Shown: positions 30,598-42,128, counted from the first letter of the stretch. The stretch is 64,000 nt of DNA from an uncultured Spirochaetota bacterium (GCA_963827275.1 CAWHAA010000005.1:640001-704000); one strand, 5' to 3'. Program-made: numbers and translations. Notes: generated from the sequence alone by a model not told the origin.

Positions 30598-33007
30598 TCA
30601 GGCATTGCCGTCGATAAATTCCTTCCTGATCATGACGCGGACGGTAAATCCCCGGCCGCCGGTATGAAACGAGCAGGAACCGCCGATGATCCCCGCCCGG
30701 TACCGCATGATCCGCAGCCCGATCCCCTTGCTCTCATCGAACGTATCCGCCGCTCCCGAGCCGTTATCGTGGACCTCGAGATAGAGATGGTCCGTATCAT
30801 CGGCAAGGCGGATCTCTATCCGGTCCGCCTTACCGTGCTTGATGGCGTTATTGATCGACTCCCGCGCGATGAAGTAGAGGTTGGTCACCACCGCGCCGTT
30901 GGTCACCGGCCCGGAGATGCCGCTGTCAAGCGTGCAGGTTATGCCGAAGAGGTCCTCGGTGTCCTCGGCCAGCTCGCGCAGCGCGCGCCGGACGTCATGC
31001 GACTCAAGACGCGTCGTCCAGAGTCCCCGCGATATCTTACGCGCATCGTCGATGGATTCCGCGATATTGGCGCTGATCTCCTCGACATCCGCCAGCTCCG
31101 GGTAATTCTTTTCCCGCATGGAGCGCTTCAGCGCCTCTGCCAGGAACCCGATGCCGGTCAGCTTCTGGCCCAGGCCGTCGTGCAGGTCCTGTCCGATCCG
31201 CTTCCGCTCGAGCTCGCTGATCTCCATGATCTCTTTCTGGAGGCGCCTCGTCTCCGTGATGTCGTGCGAGAAAACGGCCAGCTTGGTGACGACCCCCCGG
31301 GAATCGGTAACGGGGTACATGATCGTGTCATACCAGCTCCTGCCGATCCGGTGCTCGAAGCGGACCGCCTTGCCCGAACGCTCCACCGCGTCCATCTTTT
31401 CCCTGTAGCGGCCGGCATCGGCCTCCCTGATATAATCGAACATCGACCGGCCGATGACCTCCGACCTTCGGCCTGGCAAGCCTCTTTTCCAGCTCGGCAT
31501 TCAGGTCGATGACGGTGCCGTCGGCGGACACCAGGAACACCGGCTCGCTCGGCGAATTGATGAGGGCGCGCGCGACCTCCTCGCCCTCCCGGAGCAGGAG
31601 CTCCGCCTTCTTCCTCTCCTCGATTTCGCTCCGAAGCTTCGCGGTCCGCTCCCGGACGCGCTGCTCGAGCAGCTCGTTCGCTTCCGTGAGCGCACGCTCG
31701 TAATTCTGCCGCTGCAGGGTCAGGGCGTAGAGGTCGGCGATTCGGCGCGCCGTTTCAAGGTCACGCTCCGTGTAGTCATGGGGCGCGTTCGCCAGCGCGA
31801 TCTGGCCGAGGAGCGTATCACCGACCACGGCCGGGACCGACAGGAAATTTTTAAGATGGACATGGCCGGCGGGAACACCGCTGGACGCCGTGTGCCCGCC
31901 GGGAGAATTCGTGTAAAACGGCCTCAGCGTGTTGAGCGAATGTCCCCAGAGCCCGCCGTAGGCGCCGTCGGCCCCGGCGGGAAACCTGACCAGGTCGTGG
32001 CCGTTCTTGATATTGCATTCTTCATCCATCATCTGCGAAAGGGTGTGGCAGAGGAGGTCCCGGGTCCGGGAATCAATGATCCCGGCGTACCCGTGCTCGC
32101 TGCCGGTGAGGGCCCGTGCGTGGCGGAGCACCATCGCCGACATCTCCTCGATCGCGATTCCCGGCCTGATCATGAACTCCGAAAGGTCCGCGAGCGCGGC
32201 GTTCACGGACAGCTCCCACTGTAGATTTTCCTCCAGCATTTTACGCCGGGATATGTCCCGCACGATTCCCAGGAGGTGCTTCGGCTGGCCCGCCTCGTCG
32301 CGGATGACCGTAAGGGTAAGGTCGATCGGGAAGACCGTGCCGTCCCTCCGCATTGACTTGTATTCGGTGGTCTGCTGGGCGTCGGCCTTGATGTTTTTCC
32401 TCAGGTTGCGCTTCGCGCGTTCCCGCTCCTCCTCCGAAAAAAGCGAGAACACCGTGACCCCCGACGATTTCATCTCCTCGAAGCTTTCAAAGCCGTACAT
32501 GGCGAGGAACTTCCTGTTCGCCATCAGGAAATTCATGTCAAGGTCGGTGAGCGCGATGCCGTCCGGTGAAATCTCGACGAGGGTGCGGTAGCGCACCTCG
32601 CTGTCGCGCAGTTTTTTCTCCAGTCCGCTCCTCTGCAGGGCGGTCTCGATGGTCGTGTACAGGTCGTCGGTGCCCACCGGCTTGACCAGGTACCCGTGCG
32701 GGTGGGTCTCGAGGGCCCTCCGGAACATGTCCGGCGAGCTGTAGGCGGTGAAATAGATCACCGGTATGTCCATCGTTTTCTTGATCTGCCTGACCGCTTC
32801 TATCCCGTTCATTTCTCCTTCGAGGGTGATGTCCGCGATGATCAGGTCCGGTTCAAGCTCCACCGCCTTTTCCACCGCCTCGGCGCCCGAGGAGAGCGGG
32901 TCATACACCTCGTAGCCGATCCGGCGCAGGGTGTTGCGGATATCGAGCGCGGTAAGGCGGTCGTCTTCGACGATCATGATGCGGGCGTTGGTCAGGCGTT
33001 CTTTCAT
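30598..33007 (-). CDS. Cytoplasmic hybrid sensor REC-PAS-GAF-PAS-HisKA_3-HATPase; one apparent frameshift near 31475
   Basis: VEDD..ADITL..KP receiver, PAS (RRDGTVFP), GAF (GHVHLKNFLSVP), ERKRIGQDLHDGLGQ, ESINNAIKHG, GIGLRIM across two overlapping ORFs. Confidence 0.88.
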
Positions 33008-33023
33008 GATGATCTCCTCCCGG

Positions 33024-34694
33024 TCAGGGACGGAACCGCTGGGCGATGGGGATCCTGCGCCCCACGCCGAAAGCCTTCGCGGTCACCTTTATCCCGGGGG
33101 CGGCCTGGCGCCGCTTGTACTCGTTGATGTTCACGGTGTGAAGCACCTTTCGCACCAGCTCCTCCGGGAAACCGTGGGCCACGATCTCGCCGACCGAATG
33201 GCGGTCCTCGATGTAGAGCTCGAGGATCCGGTCGAGGACCTCGTACGGCGGGAGGGTGTCCTGGTCCTTCTGGTTGGGCCGCAGCTCGGCCGAAGGCGGC
33301 TTGGTGATGGAGTCGGCGGGAATGATCTCGCGGTCGGCATTGATGTGCCGCGACAGCTCGTAGACCAGCGTCTTCGGCAGGTCCGATATGACGGCAAGCC
33401 CGCCCGACATGTCGCCGTAGAGGGTGCAGTATCCCATCGCCAGCTCCGACTTGTTCCCTGTCGAGAGGACCAGGCTCCGTTCCTTGTTGCTCACCGCCAT
33501 GAGGATGTTGCCCCGGATGCGGGCCTGGATATTCTCCTCGGTCACGTCCTCCGGCCGGTCGCCGAAGAGCGCCTTCAGGTCCTGGCGGTACCGGTCATGG
33601 AGCGCCCCGATGGGCACGGTCTCGAAGCGGATCCCGAGGTTCTCCGCGAGTATCCGCGAGTCATCCACGCTGCCGGTCGATGAATACACCGAGGGCATGG
33701 TGATGCCGGTGACGTTCTCCGGCCCCAGGGCCTGGGCCGCCAGCGCCGCGGTGAGGGCGGAATCGATACCGCCGGAGAGGCCGATCACCACGCTTGTAAA
33801 CCCGCACTTGCGCACGTAGTCGCGGATACCCAGGACGAGGGCCCGGCGTATGTCCTCGATTTCATTGTCCGTTATGATGACCTCGCTCCCGGAGGAGAGG
33901 TCGACGACGGCAAGGTCCTCATCAAAGGGCCGGGCGCGGCCGATCACCCTCCCGGCGGCGTTGACCGCGATGCTGTTGCCGTCAAAGACGAGGCTGTCGT
34001 TGCCGCCCACCTGGTTCACGTACACCACGGGGAGGGCGTGCTTCCTCGCCACTGCCGAGAGCATCGCGCGCTTGTACCGGTTTTTGCCCCGGGTGAAGGG
34101 GGACGCGGAGATGTTCACGATGAGGTCCGCCCCGCGCTCAACGATGTCCCTGACCGGGTTGACGTCGTAGCTCCTGGTGTAATCGAACCGCTCGCCGCCG
34201 TCAGCCCCCGCGGCCTTCTCTTCGTCAAGGCTCAGGTCGTTCCATATGTCCTCGCAGATGGTGATGCCGATCCTGCGGCCGCGAAACTCGACGACCGTGT
34301 GCTCCCGCCCGGGCGAAAAGTACCGGCGCTCGTCGAAAACGTCGTAGGTCGGGAGCAGGGACTTGTAATTGCGCGCCGTGATCTTCCCGTCTGTCATGAA
34401 CGCGGCGGCGTTATAGAGCAGCGGATAATTGTGAGGGTCGATGTCCACGAAGCCGCAGAGCACCGCCATCCCCCGGCTGTGGCCGGCGATCTCTTCAATC
34501 AATGCGAGGTTGTCGTCTATGAGCTTCCTGCTCTCAAGGAGGTCCATCGGCGGATACCCGATGGTGGCCATTTCAGGAAAGATGACCATATCAGCCCCCC
34601 CGGCCCTGGCGGTTTTTATTGAAGAGATAATCTTGTCCCTGTTGCCCGCAATATCAGCTATGGTCGGGTTAATCTGGGCCATGGCAATTTTCAT
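33024..34694 (-). CDS. nadE: Glutamine-dependent NAD+ synthetase
   Basis: FPEM, K.LLPTYDVFDE.RYF, ICEDIW, GLSGGIDS, ENIQARIRG, STGNKSE, PPSAEL, EYKRRQA. Confidence 0.95.
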   Translation of the reverse strand: MKIAMAQINPTIADIAGNRDKIISSIKTARAGGADMVIFPEMATIGYPPMDLLESRKLIDDNLALIEEIAGHSRGMAVLCGFVDIDPHNYPLLYNAAAFMTDGKITARNYKSLLPTYDVFDERRYFSPGREHTVVEFRGRRIGITICEDIWNDLSLDEEKAAGADGGERFDYTRSYDVNPVRDIVERGADLIVNISASPFTRGKNRYKRAMLSAVARKHALPVVYVNQVGGNDSLVFDGNSIAVNAAGRVIGRARPFDEDLAVVDLSSGSEVIITDNEIEDIRRALVLGIRDYVRKCGFTSVVIGLSGGIDSALTAALAAQALGPENVTGITMPSVYSSTGSVDDSRILAENLGIRFETVPIGALHDRYRQDLKALFGDRPEDVTEENIQARIRGNILMAVSNKERSLVLSTGNKSELAMGYCTLYGDMSGGLAVISDLPKTLVYELSRHINADREIIPADSITKPPSAELRPNQKDQDTLPPYEVLDRILELYIEDRHSVGEIVAHGFPEELVRKVLHTVNINEYKRRQAAPGIKVTAKAFGVGRRIPIAQRFRP

Positions 34695-34979
34695 AGTTGG
34701 ATCCCTCGATGAAATTCCTTTTCGATGATAAATTTTATCCTTTTTTAATCAATTATTATTTTACCGTATCTGGACTTTTTGATTTTTATGTTCAGATTTT
34801 TTTTAGTGCTCCAATACGGCCTGAAATTCAATGGATACCCCGATTTTTTAAAGCACTATATAATGTCCGGAAAAAAAATAAGGGTGTCAGAGTAAATTAT
34901 TGCTGTTAATCATTGACATTTTTCCATGCCGCCGTACCTTGATTTTGTAACCCGTACAACGTTCCAGGGTCTTTAGTTA

Positions 34980-35612
34980 ATGGATGCTTATTATATCCCC
35001 ACGGTTTTTTTTACTCTTTTTTTTGTGGTAGATCCCCTGGGACTCATCCCGGTGTTTCTTCTCTATCTGGGAGGGTTTCAGGACCGCAAAAGAAGAGTGA
35101 TGATAATACGGTCAATTTTGATTTCAATAGCGGTGTCCGTATTTTTCATCATCCTGGGCAGATACCTGCTCAGGTTTCTGGGGATTTCAACAGGATCCTT
35201 CCTGGTTGCAGGAGGGATCCTGCTTTTTATTATCGCCATGGAGATGCTCCTCGGCCAGGTCTCGCGGGTCAAGATGAGAAACATCGGCGACCGCGACCAG
35301 CCGGACGAGGAACGGGACGTGTCCGTGTTCCCCCTGGCGATCCCGATGCTCTGCGGCCCGGGGAACATCGCCGCGCTGGTCATGTTCAGCACGCAGGCGG
35401 AAGGCGATCTCCTGAAGCTCGGCCTGATCGTCCTCATCTCAACGGCGGTGTTCCTGATCGCCATGGCCGTGATGTTCTTCTCGCATCGCATCGGCGCCGT
35501 CCTGGGAAGCACCGGCATCTCCATCATCCAGAAATTGATGGGCCTGATCCTGTCGGCCATGTCGGTGCAGTTCATCAGGAACGGGTTATACGAGCTCGGA
35601 ATTTTTAAATGA
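34980..35612 (+). CDS. MarC-family membrane protein
   Basis: VVDPLGLIPVF, AGGILLF, FPLAIPMLCGPG, KLMGLILSAMSVQF. Confidence 0.9.
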   Translation: MDAYYIPTVFFTLFFVVDPLGLIPVFLLYLGGFQDRKRRVMIIRSILISIAVSVFFIILGRYLLRFLGISTGSFLVAGGILLFIIAMEMLLGQVSRVKMRNIGDRDQPDEERDVSVFPLAIPMLCGPGNIAALVMFSTQAEGDLLKLGLIVLISTAVFLIAMAVMFFSHRIGAVLGSTGISIIQKLMGLILSAMSVQFIRNGLYELGIFK

Positions 35613-37273
35613 CACAGGGAACGACGCGTTTAACATATACATTGTTTCTCTATCTAGCCTTCACGCTCATCATCCTCGTGTATGCCGCTGCCAGGGCCGT
35701 TGACGATTTCAACTATCTTTCCAATTTCGGCCCCCTGAAATCGCGGCTGACCGGGTACCTGTCCGGGCGCATCGGGACGGATGTCACGGTAGAAAAGGTC
35801 CATGCAACAATCCTGCCCCGGCCCGGCATCGCCTTCACGGACGTGAAGATCGGCCGTCCGGAAGGGTTCCATGCTTCGGCAGAGGGGATACTGCTGGTCT
35901 TTTCCCCCCGTCAAAAATTATCAGGCGGGGACTGGCTTGCCCGCATCAGCCTGCGCCGTCTCCGGTTCGCCGTCCGGATCGACGACGCGACGGGCGCCGC
36001 TCCCCTCCCCCGTTTTTCCCTTCCGGAGATTGAACTGGAAGACCCGTCTGTAACCATACAGACCAGGGAGAACACCATTGCGCTGGAAGGTCCGCTGACC
36101 GGGCATGTCCGGGTCGTGTCCGGCAACACCCTCTCCCTTGTCGGGAGCCTTGATTTCAACAGGACCGGCATCAGGTACAACGACACTGCTGTGGAACTGG
36201 ATGGCCCCGTCATGATGAACGGCAACAGCCTGTCATCGCCCGGTCTTGACATTATATCAGGAGGCCTCTGGGTATCCGCGCAGGGGAACTATTCATGGAA
36301 GGAAGGCAGGTCGTTCGCCGGCAGTGTCCGCATCAAGGGGCTGACGGTTGAAACAAAAAGCGGCGGGAACCCCGTCCTCGACGCCATCCTGGACAAACTC
36401 AACGGCAGCGCGGACCTCACCCTTGCCGGCATGACGCTCTTCGGCATACCGCTGGACACGGTCACCGCCAGGGCGGTCGCGACTAACGGCACCGTGGTCC
36501 TTAACGATCTGCGGACCGATGGCGGCGTTCTCTCCGGCAGCGGGACCGTGACCCTTGCCCCGAAGCGGCCCGCGCTCTTTGACGTCACATTCACGCTCCG
36601 CAATTATGACATCATGAAGCTCCTGGGGCCGGTCTCCTCGGGCAGCACACTGATTCGCGGCACGATGGACCTCGGCGGCAGGGTGTGGGGCACCGGCGGA
36701 TCAATCAACGGCGATGTTCATTTCTCTTCATTCAACGGACGGCTCATGAAGTTCGGGCCCCTGTTCAAGATCTTCACCACAGTCAATTTTCACAGGATGA
36801 TTCTGAAAAAGCACCCTGACTACAGGAGCCGGGGGTTCCCGTACAATTCGATCATTTCACAGTTCACCATCAGGGACAACACCGTTTCTTTTGACCGTTT
36901 CTATCTTGACAGCGATTCTCTCCAGGTTTCCGCGTCCGGCACCTATTCGATGCAATCACACGCCGTTAATGCGCTCCTGGGGGTCCGGCCCCTGGACCTG
37001 ATAGACCGGACAGTGGGCATGATCCCCGTCCTGGGATGGATCGTGGAAGGCAAGGAGAACGCGGCCGTCATCATGTATTTCCGCATGTCCGGGGACATCA
37101 AGGACCCGGGCGTCCTGCCGGCCCCGATGCAGAATATTACCAGGGGCATCGGCGGCGTTATATTGCGCACGCTCATGCTGCCGTATACGATCTTTACGAA
37201 ACCGTGGAACCTGATCCCCGCATTGCAGTACAACCGGCAGACAGGGGCCAAGACCCCTGAAAAAATGCGATAA
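35609..37273 (+). CDS. AsmA-like protein
   Basis: N-terminal TM anchor, beta-taco-type strands, C-terminal FPYNSI..SASG..IPVLGWIV..SGDIKDP. Confidence 0.75.
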   Translation: MTQGTTRLTYTLFLYLAFTLIILVYAAARAVDDFNYLSNFGPLKSRLTGYLSGRIGTDVTVEKVHATILPRPGIAFTDVKIGRPEGFHASAEGILLVFSPRQKLSGGDWLARISLRRLRFAVRIDDATGAAPLPRFSLPEIELEDPSVTIQTRENTIALEGPLTGHVRVVSGNTLSLVGSLDFNRTGIRYNDTAVELDGPVMMNGNSLSSPGLDIISGGLWVSAQGNYSWKEGRSFAGSVRIKGLTVETKSGGNPVLDAILDKLNGSADLTLAGMTLFGIPLDTVTARAVATNGTVVLNDLRTDGGVLSGSGTVTLAPKRPALFDVTFTLRNYDIMKLLGPVSSGSTLIRGTMDLGGRVWGTGGSINGDVHFSSFNGRLMKFGPLFKIFTTVNFHRMILKKHPDYRSRGFPYNSIISQFTIRDNTVSFDRFYLDSDSLQVSASGTYSMQSHAVNALLGVRPLDLIDRTVGMIPVLGWIVEGKENAAVIMYFRMSGDIKDPGVLPAPMQNITRGIGGVILRTLMLPYTIFTKPWNLIPALQYNRQTGAKTPEKMR

Positions 37274-37436
37274 TTTCGTCCTCCCGTGCCGAAATCACAC
37301 ATATATTTTCTTCTCATTTAAGAATTTTTGTTGAAATAAATATACCCCCTGTGACTATTGGTTCACCTTTCTGCTGAAAGCGGGCGCTCTCAACGCCGGA
37401 CATTTCAGCACTATACCAGAGGGAGGAGCATATCAT

Positions 37437-37724
37437 ATGGTTACGTATGAGCTTACGGTCATTCTCAGAAACAAGGAAATCGAGTCCCTTCTCGAAAAGA
37501 CGAAGGAGATTCTCGCGAAACACGGCACAACGATCCTGAGCGATAATTCGCTGGGCGTAAAACGGCTGGCATACCAGATCGACGGCGAGAGCGAGGGCTA
37601 TTACCTCTTCATGAACGTTGATATCCCGGGCGAATCAGTCAAAAAGATCATCAGCGAATTCAGGCTGAACAGCGACATTCTCAGGTACATGTTCATTAAA
37701 TCCAAAAAAGCGGCTTCCGCTTAA
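37437..37724 (+). CDS. rpsF: 30S ribosomal protein S6
   Basis: YELTVIL..GVKRLAYQI..GYY..ILRYMFIK. Confidence 0.93.
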   Translation: MVTYELTVILRNKEIESLLEKTKEILAKHGTTILSDNSLGVKRLAYQIDGESEGYYLFMNVDIPGESVKKIISEFRLNSDILRYMFIKSKKAASA

Positions 37725-37738
37725 ACAAGGAGGCACGT

Positions 37739-38170
37739 ATGGCCAGTGACCTGAACAAGGCGATAATCATCGGGCGCCTCACCAAGGACCCCGACCTTCG
37801 CTACACCCAGAGCGGTACGCCGGTGTGCAGCTTTTCCGTTGCGAACAACAGGACCTACGTTGCGGCAGGGGAGAAAAAGGAGACGGTTTCCTACTTTAAC
37901 TGCGTCGCATGGGCAAAGACCGGCGAGGTCATTGCGGAATACTGCAAGAAGGGACAGCGGATCGGCATCGAGGGGCGCCTGCAGCAGCGTTCGTGGGACG
38001 ACCAGGAGGGAAAGAAGCGCCAGACGGTGGAGATCGTCGTCGACAACTTCCAGTTCCTGTCGCCCCCGCGGGAGAGCAGCGCGGAACCCGCCGCAGACGC
38101 GCCCTCCTCGTCGCACGAGCCGTCTCCGGGAACGGACAACCCGTTCTCAGATGACGATATTCCGTTTTAA
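37739..38170 (+). CDS. ssb: Single-stranded DNA-binding protein
   Basis: NKAIIIGRLTKDPDLRYT, IEGRLQ, C-terminal DDDIPF. Confidence 0.96.
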   Translation: MASDLNKAIIIGRLTKDPDLRYTQSGTPVCSFSVANNRTYVAAGEKKETVSYFNCVAWAKTGEVIAEYCKKGQRIGIEGRLQQRSWDDQEGKKRQTVEIVVDNFQFLSPPRESSAEPAADAPSSSHEPSPGTDNPFSDDDIPF

Positions 38171-38216
38171 GGCGTTTGAAACAATCAACCATATTCATAG
38201 CTGAGAGGAGAACATC

Positions 38217-38636
38217 ATGTCTGATCCAATAAATAACGAAACACCAGAAGCGAAAGCCCCGGAAGTCGCCGCTGAGCCGGCGCCGCAGCAGGCGGCCGAG
38301 CGTCCGGCCGAGCGCCCGGCCGCACCGTCCGAACGCCCCGCGCGTCCCGACAGGCCGCGCGGCAGGGGCCGCTTCGGCGATTCCGACCGGGAATCCGGCC
38401 CGTCCGAGGGCGGGATGCGGGTCCCCCGTTTCAAGAGAAAGGTATGCATATTCTGCCAGGACAAGAACGCCGGCGCCGACTACAAGCGGGCGGACGTCCT
38501 TGAGCGGTTTATCACCGACCGGGGCAAGATTCTGCCACGGCGCGTTACCGGCACCTGTTCCAAGCACCAGCGCCTCGTCGCCAGGGAAATCAAGCGGGCG
38601 CGGGCGATTGCCCTGCTGCCGTTTGTCGAGCAATAA
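38217..38636 (+). CDS. rpsR: 30S ribosomal protein S18 (Zn-type) with long low-complexity N-terminal extension
   Basis: [38 protein letters not shown]. Confidence 0.93.
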   Translation: MSDPINNETPEAKAPEVAAEPAPQQAAERPAERPAAPSERPARPDRPRGRGRFGDSDRESGPSEGGMRVPRFKRKVCIFCQDKNAGADYKRADVLERFITDRGKILPRRVTGTCSKHQRLVAREIKRARAIALLPFVEQ

Positions 38637-38641
38637 GCTCC

Positions 38642-39517
38642 GTGATCGCGGTTCTCGCGGCGGTTGCAGGCGGGCTGATGCTGACGGTCGGCTCGGCGTT
38701 CATGTACTACCGGCTGGAGTGGAAGGCCATCGTTATATGCGCGGTGCTGGTCCTGGTCTCCCTGGCGGTTTCCGGGAGGGCACTGGACGCACCCCTGCTG
38801 GCCATGCCGTTCCTGATAGGATGCACCGCCGGGTATGCATTAAAAAGGGGAAAGACTTTCGGGTTTTACCTTGTAATAGTATCCTGTTCCCTCACGGTGA
38901 TCTTCACCGGCTTCTTTTATTACATGATGGTCTACCAGAACGTGGATTTCATCGGGATGCTGAGGGAAGAGATGGTTAAATTCCTGACCACGGCCGGGGC
39001 GCCGGACGACATCAGGAACCAGATGCTGTCAGAGTTCGACGGCTCACGGGACGACATAGTGGCGCGGGTGCCCTTTTCGGCCTTTTTAAATTCGATGCTT
39101 CTGGCTTCGGTCGGCTACCACCTGATACGGTGGGCCCTGTCCCGGGCGGGCCTGGAGGTCCGGGGCCCGGGACTCGAATCGTTCCGTCTGAACGATTATT
39201 TTATTTTCGCGCTGATAGCCGGACTGGCGGTCTTTTTACTGATTGACAAAACCGATTATCCGGTACTTCATAGCGGCGGTTCAAACGCCGTGTTCATGGC
39301 GGCGCTCCTCTACTTCGTGCAGGGGCTCGGCGTGATCAAGTTCATCTTGATGAAGCGGGGCATCCCCGGGTATGTGCTGCCCCTGGCGGTATCGGCCATC
39401 CTGATCGCGGGGATATGGATTGCGCTCTTCCTGTTTATCCTCCTCGCGGGATTCGGGGCGCTTGATGTGTGGGCGGACTTCAGGAAGCTTTTAAGCAGGA
39501 ACGAGCCTGAAAGCTGA
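38642..39517 (+). CDS. DUF2232/YybS-family membrane protein
   Basis: Multi-TM, YFVQGLGV and GALDVWADFR; conserved position between rpsR and rplI. Confidence 0.8.
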   Translation: MIAVLAAVAGGLMLTVGSAFMYYRLEWKAIVICAVLVLVSLAVSGRALDAPLLAMPFLIGCTAGYALKRGKTFGFYLVIVSCSLTVIFTGFFYYMMVYQNVDFIGMLREEMVKFLTTAGAPDDIRNQMLSEFDGSRDDIVARVPFSAFLNSMLLASVGYHLIRWALSRAGLEVRGPGLESFRLNDYFIFALIAGLAVFLLIDKTDYPVLHSGGSNAVFMAALLYFVQGLGVIKFILMKRGIPGYVLPLAVSAILIAGIWIALFLFILLAGFGALDVWADFRKLLSRNEPES

Positions 39518-39550
39518 AATCAATAATTTTCAATATACAAGGAGCTGGCG

Positions 39551-39994
39551 ATGAAAGTCATATTACAGAAAGACGTGCCGAATCTCGGCGATGCCGGTGA
39601 TATAAAGGAAGTCTCGGACGGGTACGCGAGGAACTACCTCCTCCCCAGGAAGCTGGTAATCGTTTCCAACGAGTCCAGCAAGCGGGCGACCGAGCACCAG
39701 ATGAAGCTCGTCAAGATCAAGAAAGAAAAACGGAAAAAGCAGAGCGAAAAAGTCGCCGAGGGCATGGCCGGTCTCGAGCTTACGATCGGGGTCCAGGTGG
39801 GCGAAGAGGGGAAGCTCTTCGGCTCTGTCACCGCGATGGACATTTCAAAGAAGCTGAAGGAAAAGGGCTTCGAGATCGACAAGCGCAAAATCATCATCGA
39901 GACCCCCATCAAGCAGGAAGGGGAATACACCGTCAAGATAAAGCTGGATGAGGGGCAGACCCCGTCGATAAAGGTCATCGTCGGAAAGGAGTAA
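39551..39994 (+). CDS. rplI: 50S ribosomal protein L9
   Basis: MKVIL..LG..GYARNYLLP, KLFGSVT. Confidence 0.96.
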   Translation: MKVILQKDVPNLGDAGDIKEVSDGYARNYLLPRKLVIVSNESSKRATEHQMKLVKIKKEKRKKQSEKVAEGMAGLELTIGVQVGEEGKLFGSVTAMDISKKLKEKGFEIDKRKIIIETPIKQEGEYTVKIKLDEGQTPSIKVIVGKE

Positions 39995-39997
39995 TTC

Positions 39998-41362
39998 ATG
40001 CTCTCCGATAAGCTTCCCCCCCAGGACGTCGAGACCGAAGTCGCATGCCTCGCGTCGGTGCTCCTGAGCAGGGAAGCGCTTTACAAGGTGATAGAAATCC
40101 TCCAGCCGGAGGATTTCTATCTGGACAAGCACCGCATCATCTTCGGCGCGGTGACGGAACTCCTCCAGAAGGACCTCCCCGTAGACCTTACCACAATGAA
40201 ACAGCGCCTGGTCGACCACGGCCAGTTCGACAGGATCGGCGGCGATACCGCCCTCGTCGAGCTGTACCGGGCCGTCTCCACCTCCGCCAATGCTGAATTC
40301 TATGCGCGGCGGATCAAGGAGCTCTCGCTCCGGCGGCGCCTCATCGAGGTCTGCACCGAGTCGGTTGAAAAATGCTACGAAATGTCGCTCGAGACCGAAG
40401 AGCTGGTAGACCAGATAGAAAAGGACATCTTCAACATCACCGAGAAGCGCATCACCGCCGACTTCAAACCGATCGACGAGGTGATGCAGGAGACCATGAA
40501 CAACATCGGGAAATGGTACGACACCAAGCGTATCGTTACCGGCGTCGGCTCCGGGTTCCGCAAGCTCGACGAGATGCTCACCGGGTTCCACGCGGCCGAG
40601 CTCATCATCATCGCGGCCCGCCCCGGCATGGGCAAGACGGCCCTGGCGCTGAACATCGTCAACCACGTCGCGCTGAAGGAAAAGAAGCCGGTCCTCTTCT
40701 TCTCGCTCGAGATGCCCGCCACACAGCTGGGCATGCGGATGCTCTGCATCGATTCCATGATAGACTCGCAGCTGGTCAGGACCGGCTACATCAAGTCAGA
40801 GGACATGCACCGGCTCATCGAGACATCGAGCAAGCTCTCGAAGGTGTCCGTGTTCATTGATGATTCCCCCTCGTCCACCGTGTTGCAGATGCGGGCCAAG
40901 GCCCGGCGCCTCGCGCAGAAGAACAAGGACCTCGGCATCATCGTGGTGGACTACCTCCAGCTCATCACCGGCACCAACCCGAGGGTTGACCGCCACCTGC
41001 AGATCGCCGAGATATCGCGCTTTCTGAAACAGCTGGCGCGCGACCTCGAGGTGCCGGTCATCGCCCTCTCCCAGCTTTCGCGGCAGGTGGAGCACCGGAC
41101 CGACCAGCGCCCCACCCTCGCGGACCTGCGCGAATCGGGCGCCATCGAGCAGGACGCCGACGTCGTCATGTTCATATACCGCGAGGACAAGGTGAAGAAG
41201 GATAGCGAGCGGCGGGGGGTCGCCGACATCATCGTCGCCAAGCAGCGCAACGGCCCTGTCGGCGAGGTACCCCTCAGGTTCTGGGAAAAGCACACCCGCT
41301 TCGGCGATCTCGAAGAGATCCACGATTACGAGCCAACGGGCCCCGACTATGACGTACAATAG
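39998..41362 (+). CDS. dnaB: Replicative DNA helicase
   Basis: AARPGMGKT, FSLEM, VDYLQL, LSQLSR, DLRESGAIEQDAD, KQRNGP; no intein. Confidence 0.96.
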   Translation: MLSDKLPPQDVETEVACLASVLLSREALYKVIEILQPEDFYLDKHRIIFGAVTELLQKDLPVDLTTMKQRLVDHGQFDRIGGDTALVELYRAVSTSANAEFYARRIKELSLRRRLIEVCTESVEKCYEMSLETEELVDQIEKDIFNITEKRITADFKPIDEVMQETMNNIGKWYDTKRIVTGVGSGFRKLDEMLTGFHAAELIIIAARPGMGKTALALNIVNHVALKEKKPVLFFSLEMPATQLGMRMLCIDSMIDSQLVRTGYIKSEDMHRLIETSSKLSKVSVFIDDSPSSTVLQMRAKARRLAQKNKDLGIIVVDYLQLITGTNPRVDRHLQIAEISRFLKQLARDLEVPVIALSQLSRQVEHRTDQRPTLADLRESGAIEQDADVVMFIYREDKVKKDSERRGVADIIVAKQRNGPVGEVPLRFWEKHTRFGDLEEIHDYEPTGPDYDVQ

Positions 41363-42128
41363 GTTCATGGCCACAACGCTTGCCGCCTTCGAGGGCATCG
41401 GGGGCTATGGCGTGTTTTTCCGCGAGACCGTCCGCTGGATGTTCCGCCCGCCCTTCGACGGGAAGAACGTCCTCCTCCAGATGCTCGAGATCGGCTACAA
41501 GTCGATCCCGGTAACGACCATCACCCTCTTCTTCACCGGCATGGTCATGGCGCTCCAGCTCGGCCGCGTCATGGACTCCATCATCTCCGGCTCGTCGATA
41601 TTCATCGGCAGCGGCGTCACCATCTCGATGTTCCGCGAGCTCTGCCCCGTGCTCACCGCCCTCCTGCTCGCCGGCAGGGTGGGCTCCTCCATCGCCGCCG
41701 AGATCGGGACCATGAAGGTGACCGAGCAGATCGACGCGCTCAGGACGCTCTCGGCGGAGCCGGTGCAGTACCTCTCGGTGCCGCGCTTCATCGCCTGCAT
41801 GGTGATGACACCGGCGCTCACCATCATCACCGACATCGTCGGCGTGCTGGGCGGCGCCTTCATCGCGTTCTTCTCCCTCGGCATCACCGTCGACAAGTAC
41901 GTGGACAACATCCTCCAGTATACGAACCTGGGTGATTTCACCACCGGACTCGTGAAATCGCTCTTCTTCGGCATGGAGATCGCCATCATATCCTGCTACC
42001 AGGGGTTCAAAACGTCGGGGGGCGCCGAGGGCGTGGGCAAGGCAACCATCCAGGCGGTGGTAAAATCATCGATGGCGATACTCATATCCGATTATTTCCT
42101 GACCTATCTCATAGGCTTGATCGAGTAG
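41349..42128 (+). CDS. mlaE: MlaE-family ABC transporter permease
   Basis: RELCPVLTALLLAGRVGSSIAAEIGTMKVTEQIDAL, GGAEGVGKAT. Confidence 0.9.
   Translation: MTYNRFMATTLAAFEGIGGYGVFFRETVRWMFRPPFDGKNVLLQMLEIGYKSIPVTTITLFFTGMVMALQLGRVMDSIISGSSIFIGSGVTISMFRELCPVLTALLLAGRVGSSIAAEIGTMKVTEQIDALRTLSAEPVQYLSVPRFIACMVMTPALTIITDIVGVLGGAFIAFFSLGITVDKYVDNILQYTNLGDFTTGLVKSLFFGMEIAIISCYQGFKTSGGAEGVGKATIQAVVKSSMAILISDYFLTYLIGLIE

Noticed and set aside
38217..38420. ERPA-repeat N-terminal extension of S18 as a novel domain
   Set aside because: Low-complexity extensions on S18 are common and there is no evidence of a distinct function.
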